From positions 234 through 64,233 of the forward strand of contig DEIU01000004.1 in NCBI GenBank assembly GCA_002352645.1: DNA of 64,000 nucleotides, read 5' to 3'. Below the pieces are notes generated by a model. It was not told where the DNA came from, did not search any database, and worked only from the letters and a program-made list of their open reading frames with translations. Position 1 is the stretch's first letter. Each line of letters starts with the position of its first letter. The DNA is from Acidimicrobiia bacterium UBA2766 (GTDB lineage: Bacteria > Actinomycetota > Acidimicrobiia > UBA2766). Of this stretch, positions 43,547 to 53,815 are shown piece after piece. Made by a program: the position numbers and the translations under genes.

Positions 43547-44869
43547 GTGATTTCTTCCCTCGCCAACATATTCAAAGTGCCAGATCTTCGGAAGAAGATC
43601 TTGTTTGTGCTGTTTATTATTGGCCTTTATCGGTTAGGAACGCATGTCCCGGTACCAGGAATAGATTTTGATGCGCTAGAACGACTGAGGGATGAAGGAA
43701 TAGGCGGGATCGCAAATCTCGTTGATTTTTTCTCGGGTGGCGCACTTGAACGTGTTTCGGTTTTCTCTCTTGGGATCATGCCCGCGATTACCGCTTCGAT
43801 TATCATCCAGCTCCTCACTGTGGTTATTCCGAAGTTTGAGCAGTGGCGGGAAGAGGGAGAAAGCGGGCAGAAAAAAATCACGCAGTGGACGCGTTACCTC
43901 ACGCTTATTTTGGCTGTTATTCAGTCCTCTGGTTTTGTCTACTTGTTTTCCCAAGGGCAAATCACTCCCGGCGGTGGTGGGGGGTCGATTGATATCCTGG
44001 GGCCAGGGAACCACGAGTGGTGGCGTTATGGTCTTATGGTATTGACGATGACAACAGGGACTGTTCTCGTCATGTGGCTTGGCGAGCTGATTAGTCAGCG
44101 TGGTATCGGAAACGGGATGTCCCTGCTGATTTTTGCTTCTGTGGTATCTGCGTTGCCTTCTGAGGGAAATCGCATTTGGCAACAGAATCCAGCGCAATTT
44201 TTCGTCATCTTGATGATCTTTTTCGCGATGATCGTGGCAATTGTTTTTATTGAATCGGGAGAGCGCCGGATTCATGTGCAGTTTGCGAAGCGGATTGTAG
44301 GACGTCGGCAGACACAAGGGGGATCCACCTATATTCCGCTCAAGGTGAATACCGGTGGTGTGATCCCTGTTATTTTTGCCAGCTCAATTCTGACAATTCC
44401 TGCCTTAATTCTTTCGGTGGTTCCCTCGGATGGCTGGGGAGAGTCTTTGCGCTCTTGGGTGGAGAACAATCTTCAAAATCAAACGAGCCCTGTGTATGTG
44501 CTTTCGTACTTTCTTCTTGTGATCGGGTTTTCTTACTTCTATAACATGATTCAATTTGACCCTTGGAGACAGGCAGATTTTCTCAAAAAACAAGGGGGAT
44601 ATATTCCCGGTGTCCGTCCTGGTGACGCTACTGCAAACTATTTTTCCCGTATTCTGAATCGCTTGACTTTGCCTGGTGCTCTCTATCTTGCTTTTGTAGC
44701 TCTTGTGCCTTTGGTTGTTTTGGCAGTGTGGAACGTTTCTGCCTTTACTTTCGGTGGCGTGTCACTGCTCATTACGGTGGGTGTGGCTCTTGAGACAATG
44801 AAACAGATTGATAGCCAATTGACCATGCGTAATTACGAAGGTTTCTTGTCGATGTCTCGATCGAAATAA
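43547..44869 (+). CDS. secY: Preprotein translocase subunit SecY
   Basis: 440 aa, multiple TM helices; LYRLGTHVPVPGID...ALGIMPAITASIIIQLL. Confidence 0.9.
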   Translation: MISSLANIFKVPDLRKKILFVLFIIGLYRLGTHVPVPGIDFDALERLRDEGIGGIANLVDFFSGGALERVSVFSLGIMPAITASIIIQLLTVVIPKFEQWREEGESGQKKITQWTRYLTLILAVIQSSGFVYLFSQGQITPGGGGGSIDILGPGNHEWWRYGLMVLTMTTGTVLVMWLGELISQRGIGNGMSLLIFASVVSALPSEGNRIWQQNPAQFFVILMIFFAMIVAIVFIESGERRIHVQFAKRIVGRRQTQGGSTYIPLKVNTGGVIPVIFASSILTIPALILSVVPSDGWGESLRSWVENNLQNQTSPVYVLSYFLLVIGFSYFYNMIQFDPWRQADFLKKQGGYIPGVRPGDATANYFSRILNRLTLPGALYLAFVALVPLVVLAVWNVSAFTFGGVSLLITVGVALETMKQIDSQLTMRNYEGFLSMSRSK

Positions 44870-44993
44870 TGGAGCATCTCTGGTTTGGCGTGACAATGAG
44901 GTTCTGGTGGTATGGAGTGCAAAGTGTTTCGCGTAGCGCACTAGCCCAGTGGTGGTTGCGCTGGGAAGTTTGTAATGTCGAGGTGACAGGTCA

Positions 44994-45551
44994 ATGAAGC
45001 GGATTATTCTCATCGGCCCGCCAGGTGCTGGGAAAGGAACACAAGCTGTCCGTCTGGCGGCGAAAGAAGATTTTGCCTGGATTTCTACAGGCGACATGTT
45101 CCGAGATGCTATTAAAAAGCAGACCCCAATGGGGTGTGAAGCCCAGAAGTATGTTGAAGGTGGTCTGCTTGTTCCGGATGAGACAGTTGTAGGTCTTGTT
45201 TTGGAGCGTCTGGAAGCACCGGACTGTGAGAAAGGCTTTCTTTTGGATGGTTTTCCTCGAACAGTGGCACAGGCAGAGGCGCTTGGTGCAGCTTTTGGGA
45301 AAAACAGTATTACTGCAGTTTTGCATATTGTTGTACCAGAAGAAATTCTGGTGAGTCGGATTCGGAAGCGTGCCGAGGAAGAGGGACGCGTGGATGACTC
45401 TGTCGCGACCTTTGAGAAGCGCCTTGGCGTGTATCTGCAGGACACTGCGCCAGTTGTAGCTTATTACGACTCAATTGGTGTGTTGCGTACGGTTGATGGT
45501 GTTGGCGACGTGGAGGAGGTTTATCAGAGGATTCTTCGTGTGATCGAGTGA
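44994..45551 (+). CDS. adk: Adenylate kinase (short form, no zinc lid)
   Basis: MKRIILIGPPGAGKGTQA...GFLLDGFPRTVAQAEAL. Confidence 0.9.
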   Translation: MKRIILIGPPGAGKGTQAVRLAAKEDFAWISTGDMFRDAIKKQTPMGCEAQKYVEGGLLVPDETVVGLVLERLEAPDCEKGFLLDGFPRTVAQAEALGAAFGKNSITAVLHIVVPEEILVSRIRKRAEEEGRVDDSVATFEKRLGVYLQDTAPVVAYYDSIGVLRTVDGVGDVEEVYQRILRVIE

Positions 45552-46253
45552 TCGTTGAAAGATATCCTGGCATGAGATGAGAAGTACAATATTTGCGCGT
45601 AGAGTGTTTTTGCGGGAGAATGTTGTCGAAGGTGTGTCAGGAAAATTAGTTATTGCGGAGTTGGCGCACTTTATTTTTTAAAATGCCTGCTTGCTGTCGC
45701 ATGTCAGAGCAGCACCAAGATGTATAGTGTGCTGTAAATGTACGAAACAGGCTGTCGATGGTCTCTTGTGTGAGGCAAGATTCACGTCTTGTGTCGAGCT
45801 GTGATTTTCTCTTGATTATCCGGGATTCGGCACCCAGGTGTGAGACGAGTTTGTGGTTTTCCAGTTTGTGTGCGGTACGCGGATTTTTCGCGTGTTGGCA
45901 CTGTGCTCTCGCTGTGCGAGGTCATTGCACATAGCCATCGCATATGATCGTGTCGATTTTGCGCCTTGTGTGTGTATATCCCAATGGGAAGTTTCTCTTA
46001 TCTCTGTGCACAGAATGCGTGGCCTCATAGGCCGAGTTACGAGTCTGTTCTTTTGGGAGAGTGGAGAGGGACCGAGTTTTTGTTTTCTCGGTGTTTTGAA
46101 TAGCACTGGGGTTGCATGGTTTCAAAACTATGTAGATGCAGTCCTGGTTACCTCTGTTCCCAAGAGAAAGAGTCTACTGTTCGACGATTGGAAGCTGCTG
46201 ATGCTAGACTTGTTCATCGACTGTCGGCAAAATGAGGAAGTTTACGCGCGCTG

Positions 46254-46475
46254 ATGGCGAAAAAAGAGAATACTTTGGAAGTCGAAGGTACGGTTATCGA
46301 ACCGTTGCCTAACGCGATGTTCCGGGTCGAGTTGCCAAACGGTCACAAGGTTCTTGCTCACATATCGGGGAAGATGCGTATGCACTACATCCGCATTCTT
46401 CCAGGAGATCGTGTCCTTGTTGAAATGTCTCCATATGACTTGGAGCGAGGACGTATTATCTATCGGTACAAGTGA
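46254..46475 (+). CDS. infA: Translation initiation factor IF-1
   Basis: [73 protein letters not shown]. Confidence 0.9.
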   Translation: MAKKENTLEVEGTVIEPLPNAMFRVELPNGHKVLAHISGKMRMHYIRILPGDRVLVEMSPYDLERGRIIYRYK

Positions 46476-46513
46476 GTGTATTATTTGTTGATTTCGGTGT
46501 GTTTGGAGTAGAT

Positions 46514-46627
46514 GTGAAGGTTCGGCCTTCTGTCAAGAAGATTTGTGAAAAGTGTCGAATTATTCGGCGACATGGTCGCGTGATGGTGATTTGCGAAAAT
46601 CCGCGTCACAAACAGCGACAAGGTTAA
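46514..46627 (+). CDS. rpmJ: 50S ribosomal protein L36 (zinc-binding C-x2-C-x12-C-x4-H form; below ORF-track cutoff)
   Basis: Manual translation from GTG: [37 protein letters not shown]. Confidence 0.8.
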   Translation: MKVRPSVKKICEKCRIIRRHGRVMVICENPRHKQRQG

Positions 46628-47037
46628 ACGACGGAGTTCCTGAAGGAGCGCTCCGGTCGGGCGTCTTCCCCACAGGTCCTTGCCTTTTCCTGTGAAAAGA
46701 GGGCTCTATGGAGAAGAGGCTGTCTTTGTAAGTAAGCAACTCTTACTTGCGGCAGCCCTTTGGGATGGGCGGAGGCGTGCTGTCGAGGTTGAGTGAATGT
46801 TGATGTGTTTTGGAGCCGTTTGCTGCGGTTGTGTGGCGCTCCGGGCATTCTTGCATGACAACCGAGATTTACTACACGAGATCTGCCACAAGGGAGAAGA
46901 GAACGAGACGATATTGTCCATTTTTGGGTCACTGGTTTATCAGTGAGTGTCTCGTTGTAGAGCAGGAGCGATGCCTCTGCTCTCCTCTTGACCTCCTTTT
47001 GGAGGGGAGAAGGGAACAGAACAGAAAGTGACGAGCT

Positions 47038-47424
47038 ATGGCACGTATTGCTGGGGTTGACCTTCCTCGCGACAAGCGGACGGAAATTGGGTTGACATAT
47101 ATTTTTGGTATGGGGATCTCTCGTGCGCGTGAAACCTGCCGAGGCACAGGAGTCGGCCCTGACACGCGTGTCCGCGATCTGACCGACGAGGAAGTAAGCC
47201 GGCTTCGCACCTGGATTGACGGTCATTACAAGATTGAGGGAGATCTCCGTCGTGAGGTCAACCAAGACATAAAGCGGAAGATCGAGATCGGGTGTTATCA
47301 GGGCATCCGTCATCGGCGTGGTTTGCCAGTGCGAGGACAGCGCACACACACAAACGCTCGGACTAGGAAAGGTCCAAAGCGGAATGTGGGCATCAAGAAG
47401 AAGCCGAGAATTCGAAAGCACTGA
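47038..47424 (+). CDS. rpsM: 30S ribosomal protein S13
   Basis: [26 protein letters not shown]. Confidence 0.9.
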   Translation: MARIAGVDLPRDKRTEIGLTYIFGMGISRARETCRGTGVGPDTRVRDLTDEEVSRLRTWIDGHYKIEGDLRREVNQDIKRKIEIGCYQGIRHRRGLPVRGQRTHTNARTRKGPKRNVGIKKKPRIRKH

Positions 47425-47449
47425 GTCGGACAGAACGAGGATTTGTCAA

Positions 47450-47848
47450 GTGACACAAAGAGGTGCTGCAGGGCGTCGGCCTCGCCGGCGTGAGCGCAAA
47501 AACATATCACATGGGGCTGCCCATGTGAAAACGTCTTTTAACAATACGATTGTCACTATTTCCGATGTGCAAGGGAACACTGTTTCTTGGGCTTCGTCGG
47601 GAAATGTGGGTTTCAAAGGTTCGCGGAAGTCGACGCCTTTTGCTGCACAGCTTGCTGCGGAACAAGCCGCAAAGCGTGCCATTGAGCATGGGATGCGCAA
47701 GGTCGACGTTTTTGTTCGTGGTCCGGGATCCGGACGTGACACAGCCGTGCGTTCTTTACAGAATGCTGGGCTTGAGGTTGTGAGTATCAAAGATGTCACT
47801 CCTGTTCCGCATAATGGGTGCCGTCCCAAGAAGCGCCGCCGTGTCTGA
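47450..47848 (+). CDS. rpsK: 30S ribosomal protein S11
   Basis: GTG start inside ORF 47318..47848; ...[35 protein letters not shown]. Confidence 0.85.
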   Translation: MTQRGAAGRRPRRRERKNISHGAAHVKTSFNNTIVTISDVQGNTVSWASSGNVGFKGSRKSTPFAAQLAAEQAAKRAIEHGMRKVDVFVRGPGSGRDTAVRSLQNAGLEVVSIKDVTPVPHNGCRPKKRRRV

Positions 47849-47877
47849 CATCGTGTATTGGTAAGGGTGACACGAAA

Positions 47878-48498
47878 ATGGCTAAAGAAACGGATCCGAG
47901 TTGTAAGAAGTGCAGGCGTGAGCGCCGGAAACTGTTCCTAAAGGGACAGCGTTGCTACAGTGTGAAATGTGGCATTGAACGGCGTCCGTACCCGCCAGGG
48001 ATACACGGGCGGGGACGCGTGCGTGAGTCCGAGTATCTTCTTCAGCTTCGCGAAAAACAGAAGGCACGACGTTTTTACGGCGTACTAGAGCGGCAGTTTC
48101 GCCACTATTACGACGAAGCGACGCGTAAGAAAGGCATTACTGGGGAGAACCTTTTGTTCTTCCTCGAACGCCGTCTCGACAATATTGTGTACCGATCAGG
48201 GATGGCAGCTTCCCGTGCACAGGCTCGCCAGCTTGTGAATCACGGTCATTTCCGCGTGAACGGTCGGAAGATGTCTATTCCTTCCTATCGGGTGCGGAAA
48301 GGTGATGTCATCGAGTTGCGTGAAAAAAGTCGCAATCTGGTGGTTATCCGTCACGCGCTGGACACTAATCCCCCGCCCCCGGAATGGCTCAGGGTGACGC
48401 AGTCTGCTTCTCAAGTGGAAGTGCTCGATCTTCCCACCCGAGAGCAGGTCGATGTCCCAGTGCAGGAACAGCTTATTGTGGAGTTGTACTCCAAATAG
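47878..48498 (+). CDS. rpsD: 30S ribosomal protein S4 (with N-terminal Cys4 zinc-ribbon)
   Basis: [36 protein letters not shown]...; start at Met21 of the ORF. Confidence 0.85.
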   Translation: MAKETDPSCKKCRRERRKLFLKGQRCYSVKCGIERRPYPPGIHGRGRVRESEYLLQLREKQKARRFYGVLERQFRHYYDEATRKKGITGENLLFFLERRLDNIVYRSGMAASRAQARQLVNHGHFRVNGRKMSIPSYRVRKGDVIELREKSRNLVVIRHALDTNPPPPEWLRVTQSASQVEVLDLPTREQVDVPVQEQLIVELYSK

Positions 48499-48512
48499 GA
48501 AGGACTTGTTCT

Positions 48513-49472
48513 GTGCTTATCGTTCAGCGTCCGCAAATTCGTCAAGAACCAGTCTTTGGCCGCGAGCGCGTGCTTGCCAATTTTGTTGTCGAGCCGCTTG
48601 AGCCCGGTTTGGGGTACACTATCGGCAACAGTTTGCGTCGGGTGCTCCTCTCCTCTATTCCTGGAGCGGCCATCACTTCAGTGACTTTTCGGCAGGCTCT
48701 GCATGAGTTCACCACTATCCCGGGAGTTCGAGAAGATGTCACTGACATTATTCTCAACCTCAAAGATGTGATTCTCTCTTCAACGAGTGATGAGTCTGTC
48801 ACTCTTACTCTGAATGTTGCCGGCCCAGGAGTGGTGACAGCAGGAGATATTCGAGCGACTTCTGATGTGGAGATTGTGAACCCCGAGCTTGTGCTGGCCC
48901 ATGTGAATGAAAAGGGCCGGTTGGAACTCGAAGTGATTGTAGAACGGGGACGTGGGTATCTCGTTGCGGAGAAAAACAAACGTCCGAATCAGCCGATTGG
49001 CATGATTCCGATTGACGCCATTTTTTCTCCTGTTCGTCGAGTTGCGTACAGTGTCGAACCTACTCGAGTTGAGCAGGCCACGGACTATGACCGTCTCACC
49101 TTGATTGTTGAGACTGATGGTTCCATGACTCCTGAAGAGGCTATTAGCTCTGCAGGAAAGACACTTGTCGGCCTGGTTGATCTTTTTTCGGATATCGGAG
49201 ATGGTGAAGGGCTTGAGATCGGGGAGCTTGTGACAGAGACACAAGTGACACCCGAACTTGAGATGTCGATTGAAGAATTGAATCTTTCGGAGCGTCCAAA
49301 TAATTGTTTGAAGCGGGCGCAAGTCAACATGGTCGCTGAGTTGATTGAAAAGTCTGAAGACGACCTGCTTTCTATTACAAACTTCGGGCAGAAGTCCCTC
49401 GACGAAGTGAAAGCCAAGCTAGGAGAGCTTAGTTTGCATCTCAAGGGAAGTCCGGCGGCGGTGAAGGAGTAA
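48513..49472 (+). CDS. rpoA: DNA-directed RNA polymerase subunit alpha
   Basis: GTG start after AGGAAGGA; [12 protein letters not shown]...[24 protein letters not shown]. Confidence 0.85.
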   Translation: MLIVQRPQIRQEPVFGRERVLANFVVEPLEPGLGYTIGNSLRRVLLSSIPGAAITSVTFRQALHEFTTIPGVREDVTDIILNLKDVILSSTSDESVTLTLNVAGPGVVTAGDIRATSDVEIVNPELVLAHVNEKGRLELEVIVERGRGYLVAEKNKRPNQPIGMIPIDAIFSPVRRVAYSVEPTRVEQATDYDRLTLIVETDGSMTPEEAISSAGKTLVGLVDLFSDIGDGEGLEIGELVTETQVTPELEMSIEELNLSERPNNCLKRAQVNMVAELIEKSEDDLLSITNFGQKSLDEVKAKLGELSLHLKGSPAAVKE

Positions 49473-49474
49473 GG

Positions 49475-49825
49475 ATGCCGAAACCGCGTAAAGGTCCTCG
49501 TCTGGGCGGAAGTCCGGCACATGAACGTAAGATTCTTTCGAATCTCGCTGCTGCGCTCTTTGTTTCGGAGAGCATTGTGACAACTGAGGCGAAAGCAAAG
49601 GCATTGCGCCCGTATGCTGAGCGTCTTATCACAAAGGCAAAAGACGGAAGTGTGCATGCGAGAAGGCAAGTACTTGCCAAGATCCAAGACCGGGATGTAG
49701 TCCACAAACTTTTTGATGAGATTGGGACGCGTTACGAAGATCGCTCCGGTGGATATACCCGTGTCGTAAAGATGGCCCCCCGTAAAGGGGACGGTGCGCC
49801 TATGTCTTTGATAGAGCTTGTGTGA
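49475..49825 (+). CDS. rplQ: 50S ribosomal protein L17
   Basis: [53 protein letters not shown]. Confidence 0.9.
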   Translation: MPKPRKGPRLGGSPAHERKILSNLAAALFVSESIVTTEAKAKALRPYAERLITKAKDGSVHARRQVLAKIQDRDVVHKLFDEIGTRYEDRSGGYTRVVKMAPRKGDGAPMSLIELV

Positions 49826-49943
49826 GGTGTTCTGGAGTTTTCTCCAGTTATTTTGAGGAATGAGACTTGCCAGTGTGTTACTGCACTGGTAAGTCCCATT
49901 TTATGGGGCTGACCTTCAGGTTTTTCGGGAGGACAGGCTTGCT

Positions 49944-50702
49944 ATGCGTGTGCGAATGCTTGTCGCGTATGATGGCACAGATTTTCATGGCTGGGCGAAG
50001 CAGCCCGATGATCTTCCTACTGTGCAGGGGGCTATTGAAGGCAGCATGGCGAAAGTTCTCGGCTTTCGCGTACCCCTGAGTGTTGCTGGTCGTACGGATG
50101 CTGGTGTGCATGCTCGTGCACAGGTCGTGTCGTGTGATTTGCCGGGGGATGCCGACTTATTCCGCCTGGAGAAGAGTCTGAATCGTTTGTGCGGACCGAC
50201 TATATCGGTGCGTGAGATGCAAGAGGCTGTTCCCGATTTTGATGCCCGGTTTTCGGCAGTTTCGCGTGTCTATCGTTATCGGTTACGGACCGAGAGGTTC
50301 CCCGATCCCTTTGCGTTTCGTTTTTCCTGGCATGTTGCCCGCTCCCTGGATGTAGAGAAAATGAATCTGGCAGGCCAGTGCCTTGTGGGCGAGCATGATT
50401 TTGCGACTTTTTGCAAAAAGGGCTGTGCAGGAGGGACCTGCCGGCGAGTGTTCTCTCTGTGTGTGCTGCATGACGAAACGTGCAGCGAAGTAGAGACAGT
50501 CAGCGTATGGATTTCTGCCAACGCTTTTTGTCATCAAATGGTGCGTGCAATTGTCGGCCTATTGGTGGGAGTGGGAGAGGGGCGTCGCGATCTTCATGCC
50601 GTGGAAGAAGCCTTGCACGCCAAAGATCGCAGGGCAAACTCTGTCGTTGCTCCGCCTCAAGGTCTGACTTTGTGGTCTGTGCAATACGGGGAGGAGCACT
50701 AG
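49944..50702 (+). CDS. truA: tRNA pseudouridine(38-40) synthase
   Basis: MRVRMLVAYDGTDFHGWAKQ...LSVAGRTDAGVHARAQVVSCD. Confidence 0.85.
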   Translation: MRVRMLVAYDGTDFHGWAKQPDDLPTVQGAIEGSMAKVLGFRVPLSVAGRTDAGVHARAQVVSCDLPGDADLFRLEKSLNRLCGPTISVREMQEAVPDFDARFSAVSRVYRYRLRTERFPDPFAFRFSWHVARSLDVEKMNLAGQCLVGEHDFATFCKKGCAGGTCRRVFSLCVLHDETCSEVETVSVWISANAFCHQMVRAIVGLLVGVGEGRRDLHAVEEALHAKDRRANSVVAPPQGLTLWSVQYGEEH

Positions 50703-50738
50703 AGGGCAGACCGTAAGGTTCCTTCGGGCATCTTGCCC

Positions 50739-51101
50739 TTAATTTCCTCGTCGTACGGTGTATCCCATTTTTTCAAGGGCACTTGCGAGTTTGGCTCGAT
50801 GATCTCCTTGTAGCTCAATCAGGGAGTCTTTTGCAGTTCCTCCCGTTCCGCAGATCGCCTTGAGACGTTTGGCAAGAGGGGTAAGGCTGGTTTTGTCGGC
50901 GTTGAACCCCTCAACGATGCTGACTGTTTTTCCCTTTCTTCCGGTCTTTTCTTTGCGCACAATGAGCTGGGTCTGTGCGGCGGGAAGATGCGATGCTCCG
51001 GTGTCGTGCGTCGACCGGGAGGGAGATGTGGTTTTGGCAGGTTTTTTTCCTGTCGATGGTTTCCCTGTTTCTGAGGTATAAACGATTTTGGGACCGCTCA
51101 T
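50739..51101 (-). CDS. SUI1/YciH-family translation initiation factor-like protein
   Basis: 120 aa; C-terminal SUI1 fold region KTVSIVEGF...LKAICGTGGTAKDSLIELQGDHRAKLASALEKMGY. Confidence 0.65.
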   Translation of the reverse strand: MSGPKIVYTSETGKPSTGKKPAKTTSPSRSTHDTGASHLPAAQTQLIVRKEKTGRKGKTVSIVEGFNADKTSLTPLAKRLKAICGTGGTAKDSLIELQGDHRAKLASALEKMGYTVRRGN

Positions 51102-51443
51102 GACTTCCTAGCTGTGTGGACGCGAGCAAAGAAGCTGGAAAACTCTGGGAAGAGAAGACCTTGGGTCTCTTACTTTAGGTCTCTTCAGGATGGTTTGGCA
51201 CGCTGGAGAAGAAAATATCGAGAGCAGAAAAAAGACGAGACGACCCGCTCCGAGATTTGGCGGAGCGGGTCACGCTGATCCGAAGCCAAGGGGGACGCCC
51301 CGGATCTTGCACCGGAAGGGGGCCGGTGATTCGCGTTCTATTGTCTCGTCTACGGAGGTATCACTTACGTGATGACCATACTCTATGCCTAACAATGGCG
51401 ATTTCGCATTGGGGAAAGGAAGGAATTCTCTTCTTTCTTTTTA

Positions 51444-52724
51444 TCAAAAGTTATAAGGTCTGGTTTTGTTTTCAGGGATCGTGACATGAGGGAGAATGTC
51501 TTTTCCTCTGAGCCCAAGAATCAGATGGAGGCTGTCTTCAGGGTCTTCGAGGCTCAAGCTAGTGATCTCTTTAATGCGATTGAGCCGGTAACGTATGGTT
51601 TGTGGGTGTGTGTGGAGAATTTTGGCGGTTCTTGTTGGGCTTTGTCCTAATAAAAAGTACGTTTCCAGTGTGCGAACGAGGTCAGTACTTCGAGTTTTAT
51701 CGTATTCGATAAGAGGAGCGATTGTGTGTTCGACTAGCTCAGCCAGGAGAGCGGGTTCTTTGCGAAGTATGCGGTCGAGGACAGCTTCTTCATAATCCAC
51801 GATAGTGGTTTTTGATGAACGTGCGATTGCGAGGGCTTCGATTGCTTCTAAATAGCCTTGTCGTACTCCGGTGAAACCGAGACGAGGTCTCGTGATTCCG
51901 ACACAAAGATCTACTTCCATAGTGAGACGAGTGATCGATTTGACGAGATCTTCGTAATCGTCAGGAGTGGGTGAGGGACGCAAGATTACGATTTCCCCGC
52001 GGATTGTCGTGACAAAGCTGCGGGGAAATCGCTGTGCAACATCTTCTTCTATGGTGCTGTGCAGATGGGAACACTCGGATGTTCCTACGACTGCGACACT
52101 GTGCTCAATAGCCGGTTCCCAACCGATGTTTTCTGCCCGTTCCAGGGCTGTTTCACCGGCGAGTTCCCCGTAGAGAAGGTCGAGCAGGAAAGAACGCCGT
52201 TCCTCTTCGTTTTCCCGGAGCATCCGGGCTTGTTCTCTGGTGTAGTCGTGCGCAGCAAGGTTCGAGATGACGTCGACCCAGTACATGATTGCTTCGGCGA
52301 CCCACAGTGCAGCTTCTCGGTCGTGGTTGTTGGCTTTTGCGACCTTGTGCAGCGTGGCACCGGCTGATCGTGCCCAGATGCGGAAGGCTTGGAGGAGGTC
52401 TCCGAGAGGGATGCCTTGTGCTGCTCGGTCTGCTCCCACATTGGCGAGGGAGTGGGCGACGGCCTCGTTTGGGGGGTGACCGCTACGGAGCGTCTCGATA
52501 AAAGAGGCGTATACATAAGAGGCAGCGCGTCGTGTGTCTGCGGCAACTTCGTCACCTCGGACGCGATAAATCGGGACTTCGGTAAGGATGGCTTGCAGCG
52601 TGGCTTCGACCATGTCATTGATATGCTTATCGAGGTCGTCGGCTATGTCTTTCACCCCTGGGGGAGGAGGACGCTGCGGCACTGCTCTGGAAGTTGCTGT
52701 TGCTGTTGTAAGATTGTCGGGCAT
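51444..52724 (-). CDS. PucR/CdaR-family transcriptional regulator
   Basis: C-terminal PucR-type HTH (LETYFLLGQSPTRTAKILHTHPQTIRYRLNRIKEITSL). Confidence 0.65.
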   Translation of the reverse strand: MPDNLTTATATSRAVPQRPPPPGVKDIADDLDKHINDMVEATLQAILTEVPIYRVRGDEVAADTRRAASYVYASFIETLRSGHPPNEAVAHSLANVGADRAAQGIPLGDLLQAFRIWARSAGATLHKVAKANNHDREAALWVAEAIMYWVDVISNLAAHDYTREQARMLRENEEERRSFLLDLLYGELAGETALERAENIGWEPAIEHSVAVVGTSECSHLHSTIEEDVAQRFPRSFVTTIRGEIVILRPSPTPDDYEDLVKSITRLTMEVDLCVGITRPRLGFTGVRQGYLEAIEALAIARSSKTTIVDYEEAVLDRILRKEPALLAELVEHTIAPLIEYDKTRSTDLVRTLETYFLLGQSPTRTAKILHTHPQTIRYRLNRIKEITSLSLEDPEDSLHLILGLRGKDILPHVTIPENKTRPYNF

Positions 52725-52978
52725 GAAAGAGTCTCCAACTTTGCTGTCGTGAGACGGTGCACAGTAGTTTTGGTCTGTACTGGGTATGCGCTCCTGCGGT
52801 ATTCCACTACACTTTGGCCTTGCGAAGTGTCGAGTTGGAAACTCGGGCCGTCTTTTCGGTTGCAGTCTGAGCGCACGACAACAGGGCGGGGCGCTTGATC
52901 TTTGTGTCTAGTGGTTTTTTGCCTTCTGCTCGCTGGCTGTCGCAATAGTTTTTGTCCTTCGATTGTTTTGGAGCATTG

Positions 52979-53419
52979 GTGCGCACGTATACGCCAAAGC
53001 CTAATGAGGTGGCGCGCTCATGGCATGTGATTGATGCTGAAGGCAGGGTGCTTGGTCGTCTTGCTTCTGAGATCGCATCCCTTTTGCGCGGAAAGCACAA
53101 GCCTCAGTTCAGCTATCATGTTGACCTGGGAGACCATGTCATTGTTGTGAATGCCGACAAACTAGTGGTGTCGGCAGACAAGGCACGTCAGAAAATACAT
53201 TATCGTCATACAGGGTATCCCGGCGGGTTGAAAGAGACGCGGCTGGGTGATGATCTGATCTCTCGACCACAAGAAGTGCTTCGACGTTCTGTGAAAGGGA
53301 TGCTTCCGAAGAACCGTCTTGCCCGTAAGAGCCTGAAACGTTTGCGGGTCTATGCCGGCCCCGATCATCCGCATCAAGCACAGCTTAAGTCGATCTCGAA
53401 CGAGCGTGAGGAGTCCTGA
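52979..53419 (+). CDS. rplM: 50S ribosomal protein L13
   Basis: GTG start inside ORF 52952..53419; VRTYTPKPNEVARSWHVIDAEGRVLGRLASEIASLLRGKHKP. Confidence 0.85.
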   Translation: MRTYTPKPNEVARSWHVIDAEGRVLGRLASEIASLLRGKHKPQFSYHVDLGDHVIVVNADKLVVSADKARQKIHYRHTGYPGGLKETRLGDDLISRPQEVLRRSVKGMLPKNRLARKSLKRLRVYAGPDHPHQAQLKSISNEREES

Positions 53420-53422
53420 GGA

Positions 53423-53815
53423 ATGCCTGCTCATTTGTGTCAAACCACGGGGCGGCGGAAGTCTGCTGTCGCTCGTGTCCGCCTGCGTGAAGGAACAGGC
53501 GTCATCAGCGTGAATGGTCGCTCGTTTGAAGACTATTTCTCTTCTGTTTCGCACCGTAGGATTGTGATATCGCCTTTTGATGCGGTTGATGCTTCTGCCC
53601 GCTATGACGTGGATGCCAGGTTGTCAGGAGGCGGTGTCTCCGGTCAGGTTGGCGCGCTTGTGCTTGGGATCGCGCGTGGTCTTGTTGAATTGGATGAAGA
53701 ACTTCGTCCTGTTCTGAAGTCCCAGGGATTTTTAACACGGGATGCTCGTCGTAAGGAACGCAAAAAGTACGGTCTGAAAAAGGCCCGGAAAGCCCCGCAG
53801 TACTCAAAAAGGTGA
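53423..53815 (+). CDS. rpsI: 30S ribosomal protein S9
   Basis: [27 protein letters not shown]...[17 protein letters not shown]. Confidence 0.9.
   Translation: MPAHLCQTTGRRKSAVARVRLREGTGVISVNGRSFEDYFSSVSHRRIVISPFDAVDASARYDVDARLSGGGVSGQVGALVLGIARGLVELDEELRPVLKSQGFLTRDARRKERKKYGLKKARKAPQYSKR

Noticed and set aside
43676-44317. 213-aa minus-strand ORF
   Set aside because: Inside secY on the opposite strand.
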